Source of the DNA: Trichinella spiralis
Lineage: Eukaryota
Direction: 5' to 3'
Assembly (NCBI RefSeq): GCF_000181795.1
Contig: NW_003526948.1
Coordinates: 1,129,597-1,193,443 of the forward strand
Length of the DNA: 63,847 nt
Numbering within the stretch: position 1 is the stretch's first letter; the number at the start of each line of letters is the position of its first letter. The position numbers and the translations under genes were made by a program. Under the pieces are notes generated by a model. It searched no databases. It saw nothing but the letters and a program-made list of their open reading frames with translations, and was not told where the DNA came from. Shown here piece by piece: positions 36,501 through 48,544 of this stretch.

Positions 36501-39500
36501 ATTTGATTATTATTTCTTTTTGGATAATAATATGCTTGGTGTAAAGTTGAAATAAATCAAAACAACCAGTTTTTGCCATTTTGAATAATAGATAGCATCA
36601 ATTGAAAGTTGCAATGTAATTTTGTAAACAATAAGGGAAAAGTGAGTAAAAAGTACAATTTCAACAGACCGTACCAACTGATCAACTAAACGTAAACACA
36701 TGTATACCGTAGGACCCGGCTCCGAAGTGTTGGACTTTTGATTTCGCTTGGAGATACTTTGTAGCGAAAAAAATTTAAAAATAATTTGAAAAGCGTCAAT
36801 CAAGTCCAAAACAATCCATTTGCAAAAGCTTCCATTTTGCGAGTTCTGCAATAACATGTCTTGAAGAAAAGAGGAGAAAAGATTTGTTGTTGTTTTTTTT
36901 TTTGATTGCATTTATAATTTTCATTTTGTTTAGTGTGAAATGAATAACTTTCCCATTTTTTGTTCATATATTATTTTTGAAATTTAATTTCAAAACTGAT
37001 TTCCGCTCGATTTGATAAAATAGGCAAATTTTGAATGGCAGCTCTGCATAGGAACGTCAAAACCAAGTCCAAGGAATGCGGCAAAAAGAAGTTCAGCTCA
37101 AATAGAAAATAGACACATGCCAGGAAATTCGATTCTTCCTAGTGGAAAACCTTTTACAATGATTGATAATGGAAATTTTTCAGGTGCACCAAATGCTCTC
37201 AACAGGACCGGCCAATTCTAATAGAGCCGTAAGCGTTGATAAGAAGCGACGTATTTTTGCATAATCGCGATACTTTTATTATTAATAATTATTGGCCGCG
37301 TTGGAGTAATTTTATTACTATACAAAGCATATAAATGATGATATATATAGAATGATAGAATTGAGAAGAAAAGAAAAGAAAGGAACAGTAAAATTGTTTC
37401 AATATAATTTCGATATTATTTATAATAAAAATTGCAACTTATCTTGTTGAACTTATTCAAACATAACAATAGTTATTAGTGGAATAAAAAAAGTATTGAA
37501 ATGTTAAAACTTTCTTCAGCCTAGTGAAAAGTGTGCAAATTGAAATCTACGACATGTATATATATATATAATGTGCATGATTATATTACGGTGTTGCATT
37601 GTGATTGTCAGTTAGTTGGTAGGGTTGTCAGCATAGAATGCCTCAGAATGTAGAAGGCGTGACAGAGGGTGTCGTTTTGTGATCCACAATGACGGGAAAA
37701 GGTGAACACCCCCTGTGGTCTTTTACAGCCAAGCCCCCTCTGTCCATCTACACGCATATAAACTAGGCAGCAAGAAAGCCTAAGGCAACAAGTGAACGTC
37801 CAACCTAAAATCTCTTTGACGTTCTGCATTCCTAGTGCAAAGTATACCGTGTCGATCGTGCGTATCTAACCAAATCACAAACCATCAGCAGTACGAGTAA
37901 ATTTTTGACAAACCAATCTCTCACTTCTCAAACACCATATCGTCTGGTCAAATTATCTATCAATCGATATGTGATCGACGAACAAGTTTGCAATTTTTAC
38001 AATATCCTTCTTCCTATTATTATGCATATAGTTCAAATTTGACAATTCGAAGAATACTGTACATGTTGTGTTTCATTTTTCTACTGCTTAATGAAAATAA
38101 GTAGGATTTTTATAAGCTGAATTAAACAGATCATCTACCCTACCCTATTAGCATCACAGTTGTATAATATGTTTTAGTAAATAAATAAATAAATATATAT
38201 ATATATATGCTTGTTGTGTATGCACTGCTTTTGTACAACAGTTCACCAATTGGTGGAACCAGTCTTATTCGCATTTCTCAACAATGACGTCTCACTTGAC
38301 AGTCAATCTTACACATGAAATTGGTAATTCATTTTTCAAATCAGTTGAAACCGTTCAAATAATACAGCGAGAAAAAAGTTTCATCACTTACAGTGTTAAT
38401 TGCTAATGGGAAATACGAACAGGTCATATATCATACAATTGCGGAAAAGTTGAACAGCAAATAATTGCCATTAAATTTTCATATACAAAATTGTTTTTAT
38501 GATATTTTAAAATGTGCACAAATTTCATTATATTGGATGTAAATGAAATTCTGGTATTTTTTGTAACAAGATAAAGTGATCATTGAATTATTGTTTCTTT
38601 TTTATTGAAATGATTTAGTAATAAATTTTCAACACTGCTGTTGCTGTGGTTGTTGCATGAATGAATGAATGAATGAATACATTTAGCATGATTTTATTTT
38701 TTAAACTTGTCAAAACAGGTGCTTTATCGTTGAAAAAAATTTAACACTTCAATTCCATTTTCAAACAGCGTTGGAAATTGTTCGAAAACTGACACTGATC
38801 GAACAGTGATAATGTTTGTTGGGAAAGAGTTTTTTATGTAAATTTTAAAATTGAATTCACCGCTTATTCAATAAAAAATAAACTTAAAAAAAAGATAACA
38901 ACAACAAAAAGCATTTAACAATGATGTAGCAAGTTTTATAGATAGAATATTATTATTTTGCTGATGATGAAAGTGTAAAGATGCAAAAAGAAGAAATAAA
39001 AATGAACAATTGCCCAATGGTATGCTTGGCTTAGGAATCACAATGCTCAGCTTGATTGAAAAATAACAAACGCTAGCTGGGAAAGTTCAATATTTTCCCA
39101 TCAGGTCGAAAAGTGAAAAATGAAACTGATACATACATCCGCATTTGAATGGCAGCCGTACGTCGTAACGTACGTGAATAAACAGGATGTAGAAAATTGC
39201 ATTCATTCAAATTTTCAATTCTCTGACAATTAAAATTTCCAAAATTACTCTACACCAGTAGATTGATATTTAAAAATAAAACTATATATTTTTTTTAAAA
39301 AAATGTATTCCATTACTTAATGCTCAAAAGTTTGTGGAAGTTTTCATAATTTTGAAATATTATCCCATTATTAATGAATGGATTAACAATGGTGAATGTA
39401 TGAATATTTTCAAAACTTACCCAGTCGTAAATCAAGAATGTCGACGAAACGTAACGACTGACCAAGATTGTCGTTGTCCATATCCATGAATGGTGGCTTA

Positions 39501-39514
39501 TCGTCCGCAGCCAT
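27561..39514 (-). CDS. gap-1: GAP1-family Ras GTPase-activating protein (C2-C2-RasGAP-PH; RASA2/RASA3-like), multi-exon
   Basis: First exon 39514-39421 (MAADDK...ILDLRL, G|GTAAGT, phase 1) joins 32326 (VEAKNL...IKLDSEEIFRS). C2 motifs ERWFPLKPI and FFHGEVRVPL; arginine finger NTLFRSCS; LVLSSFLIMRFFAAALLNPK; ARTLALVSKTIQ; PH VLKEG..PRYCCLT; tail YGSKDLPIGDDNY; stop at 27563-27561. Confidence 0.92.
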
Positions 39515-39731
39515 GAAGACACTGATGATGGATAAAATGATTTTTATAAATGATAATGAAATTTTGAATTGCTGACCAGGAGAAATCAGCCAATCAGTGG
39601 CAAAGAAAAAGATGAAATAAGAATCCGGACGTCGAATCAAAGATGGTGTGATGTTGAACGCCAACGAACGTATTGATGATGATAGTTGAAATGGGAAGAG
39701 AGCTTTTTTTAAAAACTAGGCGCAGTCAATA

Positions 39732-39790
39732 ACGACGACGACGACAACAACAATAACAACAACAACACCACCACCACCAACAACAACACC
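39732..39790. repeat. Compound trinucleotide repeat (ACG/AAC/ACC) about 220 nt upstream of the RasGAP start codon
   Basis: acgacgacgacgacaacaacaataacaacaacaacaccaccaccaccaacaacaacacc. Confidence 0.9.
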
Positions 39791-41375
39791 AATAAAGCAG
39801 CGCCAACAACATTAATAATAATATAATAATGATAATAATAATTATTATTATTATTAAGCACTATCAATGTCAGCGCTGTCGTCTTTTTGCGTAATCATGC
39901 GGGTGCATGCGCTAAAACCGGAAGCGTTTGTGTAGAATAAATAAAAAGAAAAATGAATCATGATTCACTCGCCATTACAGTCATGACAAATACAGATTTA
40001 CTTGTAGTTTTGTAAAATTATGCACTATACTAATATAAAAGCTAAATAATGAGAGAATTATATATATTTTTTCATTGACATTATTCATACTGCACTAGAT
40101 GATGCATATTATTTTTATTCAACAATAATTCCATGTTACAAAAATTGCAACATCAAGGAAAAGTATAAGAAACTAGAAAAATATTCTGAAACATAATTTA
40201 TTGTTAAATTGCAAATAAAACTATTTTTATAAATATAATATACAATATTAACAGCAAATATACACCACCTACGTAGTGCTATTCATTATTCGCGAGCATT
40301 ATATTAAACTTGATTTTCATTTATCAATTAGTACTGTAGCGCAGTTCATTAAGAAATTTCTAGTGTATTCAAAATTTGATTTTTATTCTTTTGTCATCTA
40401 GTTAGCGTAGATTTTATTGAATGGAATTTAAATTCAAGTTACACTGTAAAATTATTCTGAGAAATATGATCTGTGTGATAATTTTGATACAAACAGCAAT
40501 ACAACGTAACAGATTTCTTATAATTGATTTTTCAAAATTAAGAAACGCTAACAAGAACATTAATTAACAAATAATCGTAGTGAAAAGCAAGCGCATTAAT
40601 TAGACTAAACTGTAAGCACCAAACATTCTTGGATGATGAATGTCGCCTACGAATTTCCATTGTTGCATCTAATAGAAAGATATCTTAAAATGTATAAATT
40701 TGTTTTTTTCATTTTATTGAAAGAAAATAAGAATTTAATAAAGAAAAAAAAATGCAAAGTATGATAGAAATGAATTCTCAAATTGGTTTACAACTTCATT
40801 TCGTAGCATGTGACAAAAAGATAGATGAAGGTAATTTATTTTCTCAGTGAACTGTTGTTAAATATTTTCTTCATTTAAGTAAAAAGAAGAATTAGAAAAA
40901 TATTGGTTATGATTTATGAAGTGTTGTTGGAAATTTTAGTCATTCAAAATTAACATTTTCAACTTTTTCAGAATGTACGCTTTGAATATGAATATGCAAA
41001 AGTTGCTGCTGCAGTAAATTATTTCACACGTTCGTGCGTGTGCGTTATTACTGGATAATGAAACTGATGCCACTTTTCGTTTACATGCTCAGTGAATTCA
41101 TTCATTCAACGGCTAGTGTATTCCAAATGAAAATATACGTTCGTTTTAAACTATTCAAGATGATAATCAATTCATTTAATCTACCTAGTAATCGTTTACG
41201 CTTCATATATATATATATATATAGGTCAACAAATAACTGTCATATATTTGCCACCAGATTCATTTATTTTATCAATGAATCTAATTTGAAGTGAATAAAT
41301 TTGAAATGGACAAAGAATTTGTTTTGGATAAAGAATTGAAGAAGACTGGTAGTAGCACTGGGAGGAATATTTATT

Positions 41376-42427
41376 TTAGTACAGTTCGAGTCTGGCGAAT
41401 TTTTCAGGATCGTAAAAGCTGGCCATTACCGACCTACCGGCAAAGAAGCGTCCATTCAAAGCGACTACAGCTTTGATGGCTTGTTCGACGCGGGCAAATT
41501 CGACAAAGATGCGCACCGCATCTACATCCGACGCATTGGGGACTTCGACCACCATGCATCGACGCACCTCGCCGTATTTTAACATTTCGTCCTGTACTTC
41601 GGGCTGCAGTTCACTGTCGACTTCGCCAGCGCCGACCATATTTCTCAGAAGCATCACTTTGGTGGGATTGCGCAACTCGTCGGTGACATTCACTTCGGTG
41701 GTGGAAGCAGTGGCCGCCGAGCTGGATTCGTGGATAATTTTCCCATGCCTTGTGCCGACCTTCTCCACTTGCAACGCGGTGCTCATCCCCTGCTCATCTC
41801 GACCCAAACCGCTACCCTGCTTGTAACCGTAACGTTCCATAATGCGGGCGGCAAAATCGAGACCCCTGGCCGATGCTGTGGGCGGTGGCGGTGGCGGCAT
41901 GAATGAACTGTCCGACGTTTCGGATTCACTGACCGCGGTCTGTTTGTCTTGTTCAATCAACTCGGGAGGTGGAGCAATCGCCGCACCGGTCGATCTCCAT
42001 CGTTCCGGCCTTTCGCAAAGCGAATTCCACTTACCAATTGGCTTCTCCTCTTCGCCAACTTCGTCTCCACTGGAACTGTAGTTTGTTTTTTCCACACCAC
42101 TTCGACGCGTATACGACTGACATCCGAACTTCGAACGGGCGTTGTCGCGGAACGTCACCAAATTGGCGAACTCGTTCGGATGATTTGGATCGTATTCGTC
42201 TTCAACCCGCCACTCGTCCTGCACACTAACAGCCTGCTGCTTTGCCAACGACGAATGCATAGCACTGCCAACCGACGACCCACTGTTCTTGTTTCCGGCC
42301 TTGCTAAGCGTTGACATACCCTGATGCTGTTCATCACTTGGCGGTGGACGAACCTTCTGCAACGCAGCGACTCGTTTCAAATGCATGTGCGCTTTCAAAA
42401 GTTTCAAATTCTTTTTCCAAGATTCAT
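41376..42427 (-). CDS. RBM17: Splicing factor 45 (SPF45/RBM17): SF45 motif, G-patch, UHM; first exon unresolved
   Basis: One long exon behind acceptor GTGCAG|AT, beginning (D)ESWKKNLKLL. Contains EYDPNHPNEF, G-patch AARIMERYGYKQGSGLGRDEQGMSTAL, and UHM LLRNMVGAGEVD...AVRIFVEF...LNGRFFAGR. Confidence 0.93.
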
Positions 42428-44393
42428 CTGCACATACATATCAATAATTATACGAAAAAGTACTGCAAAATGAAAGAAAACCAAATTTGAAAACAATACT
42501 ACTAAACGACTGAATACTGCAATGGTTGAAAAACAAAAAGGAGGAGAAAAGGCAATAACATAGCTGTTGATCAGCATTCAAAAAAAATTACATATGAAAG
42601 TAACTGATAATTGATTTTCCTGACAACGTTTTCACTTTTGCTTTTGTTCTAGTAACGGGCAATATGAAAAATAATGCATGCCTTTGGGAATGGACGATTT
42701 GCATGTGTTCGTTTCATCTGAATTAGAAATTCCTGCCAAAGGTGAATCCAAACCATCGTATAACGACATTGTTCAACTTTACAAACTTGCATACAAATGG
42801 GGTACACAATTGCAATTACAGTAACACAAAAGATAAATAAGGTATTATTTTCAAACATTTCTTCATTGTTGCAATGTTTTGCAATATATTGACAGCATAT
42901 AGCAAAGAATGTAAGTTTTATATTTTTAATGATTTTTATAATTTTAATTTAATATTTTCAATCAATATACTGGATAAAAGCAACGTTGTGCACATCTGCA
43001 ACAGTGGGGTTTGGAATTTTATTGTAATTTTTGTTATTAAATGTTTATAAAATTGGCATTACATTGTATTATTTGATGCTAAATTCATTTCCAAGTTTTT
43101 TATTGAGTATTTTTAAACTGTATACCATTGGTGAAATGATCACGTGCGCAGTGGTTATTGAGTTGAGTTGAATTGAATTGATTAATTTGTAAAATTGCAT
43201 ATTGTACAGGTGAAATGTTTCAAATCCACAATCAGTTTATCATTTGAAAGTTTCATTTTCAAATGGAGGGTTGATTTTATTTCCGTTGCGCGAAGATTGC
43301 TTGGCGTAGAGAAGTTTGAAATAGTTCACCTATTTTTAATAAATATTTGCCCCTGAATAATCATTCCAAGTTTACTGTGAAAAGTTATTCTCCGTTTGTT
43401 GGTCTGCAGTGGTGTGTATCCGGTGGATATTATGAATTTCAATTGTTTGTCTGTCAAAAATTATGTACGTTTGATTCATTTTTCCATTACTTTTGATAAT
43501 GAAAAACAAAAAACAAAAAAAGCGACTGTGCAGAAAATGCAACCGGGTTTATTATGCTAGGATTGTGCTTCTTTGCTCGGTTTGAGTGTTCTGTTTATTA
43601 CGTTTTGATTTTTTGCACAGGCGTAATGTGAAATAATATTAGAAAAGAGTTGTATTTTGAAAAATACCAATATCATCATGAGGTATTTTCTATTTTTTTC
43701 TGACATTAGCAGTTTGATAATAATAATAATAATATCACGGTACAACCTTGTGTCTGTAGTTGATTGAATTGTTCGATTTGGATAAGAATTAACCAAACGA
43801 TCCAAAGCTTGCACAATGATTAATCGGCTCGTTGGATAGCTTATAATTATTGGATTTGTATAATTATGTTAAATAGAAATTGTGCAAAAGAGAAAAATGC
43901 AATAGCGTATGCTTTTAACAATGTTTAACCAGTACGAAGTTCACTTGTCACGATTGACTGTTCAATTTTCTTGTTTGCCGTTCTTCTCGTTTAGTATTCA
44001 TTATTGTTTTACTTGGCATCTTTTTCTATCATCGACAAACAGTATGCAAATTGGTGAGTTTTCAACGATTTTGTCATCTCGAAGAATATATGAAAAGTCG
44101 ACTCAGCTGAAAATGCAATGCACATTTTTGGCGTTTATCCGGTTTGAAAGTTTTGTTTGTTGATTGAGATCTTGTTTCCAACTGTCCTTAAAACCATTGT
44201 CTGATTGACCTACCTTATTCAATTGGAAACTTGTTCTTCTACGCTCTGCTCCAAAAAGTGCACGCAATTTGAATTTCTTTTCAAGTTTAAATGGCAGAAA
44301 AGGTTACCAATAAAACGAGTTCATCTGTATCAGATTGAAGGTAATTAATTGGAAATTAAACATCTCAGAAATGCATCCATGTAAATTCTTTGT

Positions 44394-44396
<3 letters not shown>

Positions 44397-44431
<35 letters not shown>
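44397..44431. repeat. (TG)n microsatellite between SPF45 and PKD
   Basis: Directly visible. Confidence 0.95.
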
Positions 44432-44432
<1 letters not shown>

Positions 44433-45103
44433 TCGTCCCCACCTGCCCGCTTTGCAATTTCCCTTTCACTTCCCAATTTCACCGTTCAGCCTACAATAAC
44501 AATCACTTATTACTGTATTGTAAAATAGTACGCTCAGGATGCTGTTGGCAGTTGTAGAATTATTTTTGAATAAATTTCAATTCATCCGACGTTGGTAAAA
44601 GGTTTTTTTCTTCTCATTCTCTCAATAATGTTGAAAGTTGTTTAATTTTGCTTTGTACAGATTAAAATTGACTTTCCACATGTTATTATCAGCGTTTCAA
44701 TTTTACAATGTCATCATCATCATCATAAAGCAGTCGTTGTTGATAAGTTTTATGAAACGGTGAGACGTTGAAAATGCGATAAGATTGCGCTTTGTAGAGA
44801 AAATGATGTTTATTGAAACGAGCAATAAAAAGAAAGGCAAATTTGCATGCTTTGTGTGTGTGTGTGTGTGTGTGATGTAATGGTTCATCTTTGATTGCGT
44901 AGTTGTGATTAGGAATAATCTTGTGTAAATTTTGGCACGCGAAAAAGCGAAATAAACCAAGTGGGAGATATTTATGTTGTTTATTTTTGTATGTTGGAAT
45001 TTTGTGAAATTAAATATTTATTTTAGAGTTTAATTTTTCAAATTGCATCCGATCCATAGGTGATAACTGCTATTGATGAAAATTGATTTAGTGAAAGTGG
45101 AGA

Positions 45104-48100
45104 ATGTCAGTGCCGGACAGTGTCCATTTCGCTTTGCAAATGGGCCCGCACAGGGAAGTGGTGGCGGTGAATCGTGGAGCTTTGTTTGCCGGCGACGGCT
45201 TGTTGGAATTGGCGGGAAATTTTGTGAAAAAGTGCACCGGCGGTCAAGGTCCATTCGACGACCGTCTGCTGTTGTTTGTCCATAATTACGAGTCGTCGAA
45301 CGTGCTCCAATTGGTCACTTCGCCGTCGGAGCAGATCGCCGACGGTTGTGTGGTCGAGGTGGTGCTGCGCAACCGGGCAGACCGTCCCACTGCCCCTCAC
45401 GTGCTAGCCGTCCACACCTATTATGCGCCTACGTTCTGCGACTACTGTGGTGAAATACTGCTCGGCTTGGTTCGTCAGGGTCTGAAGTGTGGTCGCTGTT
45501 TGCTCACGTTTCACAAAAACTGCGCCCTGGCGCCGATGAACAACTGCGGCGCCGAACAGGCAGGCGCCGACCCCGCCTCGTTTGGCCTGCCCCACACGTT
45601 CATGGTTCACACGTACAAAAAGCCCACCGTCTGCAAGCATTGCAACAACTTGCTGGTCGGTCTGGTGCGTCAGGGCTTGCAGTGCCGCGATTGTCGGGTC
45701 AATGTGCACAAAAAGTGCGCCACCAGTTTGGCACTGGACTGTCGTGCGTTGACCAACTGCGAATCGGGCACGTCGTCTTTTGGGGAAAACGTTTCCACCG
45801 AACTTGACGATCACAATCGTGTCCCACTGTTGCCGGATGTCCATTTGGACGGTGTCGAAGAGATCACGTAATCAGTTGTTTGTTCGCTTTTTTTTATTTA
45901 ATTCAATTTTTTTATTCAATTCTTCCTTTATTCTCTCCCAAGACCTGGAGAATTGATTCAGTTGGCTCGCATACCCGGTCCTGCCACCGTACGTCAGAGT
46001 CGTCCACGCGCGTTGCCCGTTCTCTTGGAAGGCTGGTTGCTGCATTTCACCAATCACAGTTCGACCAGAAGGCGCCACTATTGGGTTATGGACGCGTCCG
46101 GCATTTGCATGCAGCACGGCTCCCAGGGCCTATCCAAGCCGTACAAGTTCATCCCGTTCGGCGATATTCTCGGCGTTCGACCGTACGTTGGTCCGCCTTT
46201 GGATCCCGACGGACCGCCGCATTGTTTCGAAATTCTCACCGCCAGAACTATTTTCTACATCGGTAATAGTATTATGTGATTATTCAGCAAACAAAAAAGA
46301 AGAAGAAAAGTATAAATTTCAAAATCGTCAATTGAAATTTTAGGTGAAAATTTGGATTGGTATTTGAAGCCGGGAACGTCGAGACCGCCGATACCGAGAC
46401 GTGAATCCGGCCTGGGTGTGGCGCCTGCCCAGCGTTGGTTTTCGGCCATACACGACGCCCTGTTGCCACCCGGCCAATTTGGCAGACCACCATCCAGGGA
46501 AATTATTGCTTCGTCAGTTGAAAATTTGGAAGAAATGAAACGCAGCCAACGCGTCGCTTTGGAATTTAGCAGCTTATTTCAAATCAATCAACAAGAAGAG
46601 CTCGGCTCCGGCCAATTCGGTACAGTTTTTGGTGGAGTACATCGCAGGTGAGTTGTAATTTTCAAAAATTAATTTCTCCGGTTATTATTTCGATTTATTT
46701 ACTTTTTGATGAATAATTTTCTTTCTTTCAACTGATAAACTCAATTTCTTGCTCATGACAGCTGTATATTCTGCGAGCTGTTCAAGCGGTTTGATTTAGC
46801 ACCTCTTATCTCTGCTTTTACTGAAATTGATGTTCAATTCGTCGAACCGACTAACACTGTGTAAACATTGTTTGCTATGATTGCAAACAGAAGAAGAAGC
46901 AGATCTTTACTTTTTCATCTTCAATTTCTTGTATAAATTTCTTCAAGATAAAATACAAACACGAACAAATTAATTTCAGCTGAAAAAACATATTTCATAC
47001 AATTGTTTTCTCTTTTAAGCATCGATTGATGCATTGTAAATTTATGGACTTTCTTTATTAGTTTGAAATTTCACGAAATAGACTTCTTTTTATTAACATT
47101 TTAACGTTAATTTGTCTTTGTGAAGCGACTGATATTTGCTGGATAATTTGTTGTTTTGATCGATACTTTATTTGCCGCGTATCTCTCTTTGCTATTTCTA
47201 CTTTCTTTCCAACTGCAGAGCTTGTTTTATTCAATTTCAATCTGTTATTCCATGTTAGATGTCTAATATTTGAAAAAGAAATAATTTAATCTTTTTAAAG
47301 TTTAAATTGCTTTCAAGTGAACAATTAAAACAAAAAATACAACTACACAGAAGAACAAATATGTATCAACCAACACCCACCCAAACATACACATAACCGT
47401 ATTAATCGATGTATATCAGCTTTATTATTATTATTATTTCATATTGTAATTTAGCAGTGGACGTCGCGTTGCTGTGAAAGTGATTATGAAGAGTCGATTT
47501 GGTCGCAAACAGAAAGAACAACTCCGTTCCGAGGTCTGCATTTTGCAAATTATCAAATATCCAGGAATAATAACGCTGGAAGCCATGTTCGAAACACGCG
47601 ATCGTGTTTTTGTCGTCATGGAGAAAATGCAAGGCGACATGTTGGAAATGATTCTGAGCAGTCGACTGGGACGTCTTTCGGAACGTGTGACTAAATATTT
47701 GATCGTGCAGATTGTCAAAGCGTTGCAATATTTGCATTCGCAAGACATTGCCCATTGTGATTTGAAGCCGGAAAATGTGCTGCTCAACTCGGTTGAGACG
47801 GATTTCCCACAAACCAAACTTTGCGACTTTGGCTATGCACGCATCATTGACGAGAACACGTTTCGAAAAACTGTCGTTGGTACTCCTGCATACCTTGCTC
47901 CGGAAGTTCTACAAAAGAAAGGTTCTCATGTGAAAACTGCAAAATAACACTCGATAAAACTTCTAATATTATCAATTGTAAGGTTATAACAAGCGTTTGG
48001 ACATGTGGTCGTTGGGCGTGGTCATTTATGTCACTTTGAGCGGCACTTTTCCATTCAACGAAGGCGAAGACATTGCTGAACAGATACAGAATGCGGATTT

Positions 48101-48487
48101 CATGTATCCGAGTAATCCGTGGCGTGAAATATCTGCCGATGCTGTAGACCTCATTAGCAAATTGTTAAATGTGAACGTGAGTTGTGGTGACAGTTGAAAT
48201 GCCTCTCACTTTTGCTTGTTTCTTGTTACTTTATGTTATTCATTTATTGTAATGCAGTTTTATTATGTAGGAATTTTTTTCTTTTTTTTTCTTATCAGCA
48301 CACTTTCATTCATCTCAATAGTTAAAATGTTCTTATTGAACAGATTGAAGAACGGCTAACAATTGATCAATGCCTTGCACATCCTTGGTTGCAAGATCAA
48401 CAGTTGTATCAAGATTTGCAAGCATTGGAACGATCACTTGGAATTTCCTACTTGACAACATCGATGAATACAACAACACTGAATGCG

Positions 48488-48518
<31 letters not shown>

Positions 48519-48544
48519 TTGATCCTCAGCTTATACATTTTTGA
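45104..48544 (+). CDS. dkf-1: Protein kinase D (DKF-1-like): ubiquitin-like N-terminus, C1a, C1b, PH, kinase; ~749 aa
   Basis: Exons 45104-45867, 45943-46262, 46344-46647, 47455-47921, 47983-48176, 48344-48544 total 2250 nt in frame. Two C1 domains; [59 protein letters not shown]. The PKD family is clear; dkf-1 versus dkf-2 is an inference. Confidence 0.93.
48488..48517 (+). repeat. Coding (AAC)10 repeat giving poly-Asn in the PKD C-terminal tail
   Basis: In frame with the last PKD exon: [21 protein letters not shown]. Confidence 0.88.

Noticed and set aside
44703..44733. Minus-strand LLYDDDDDI as the missing SPF45 first exon
   Set aside because: It arises from an (ATG)n repeat. I found no nearby in-frame ATG, and the adjacent GT is in the wrong phase.
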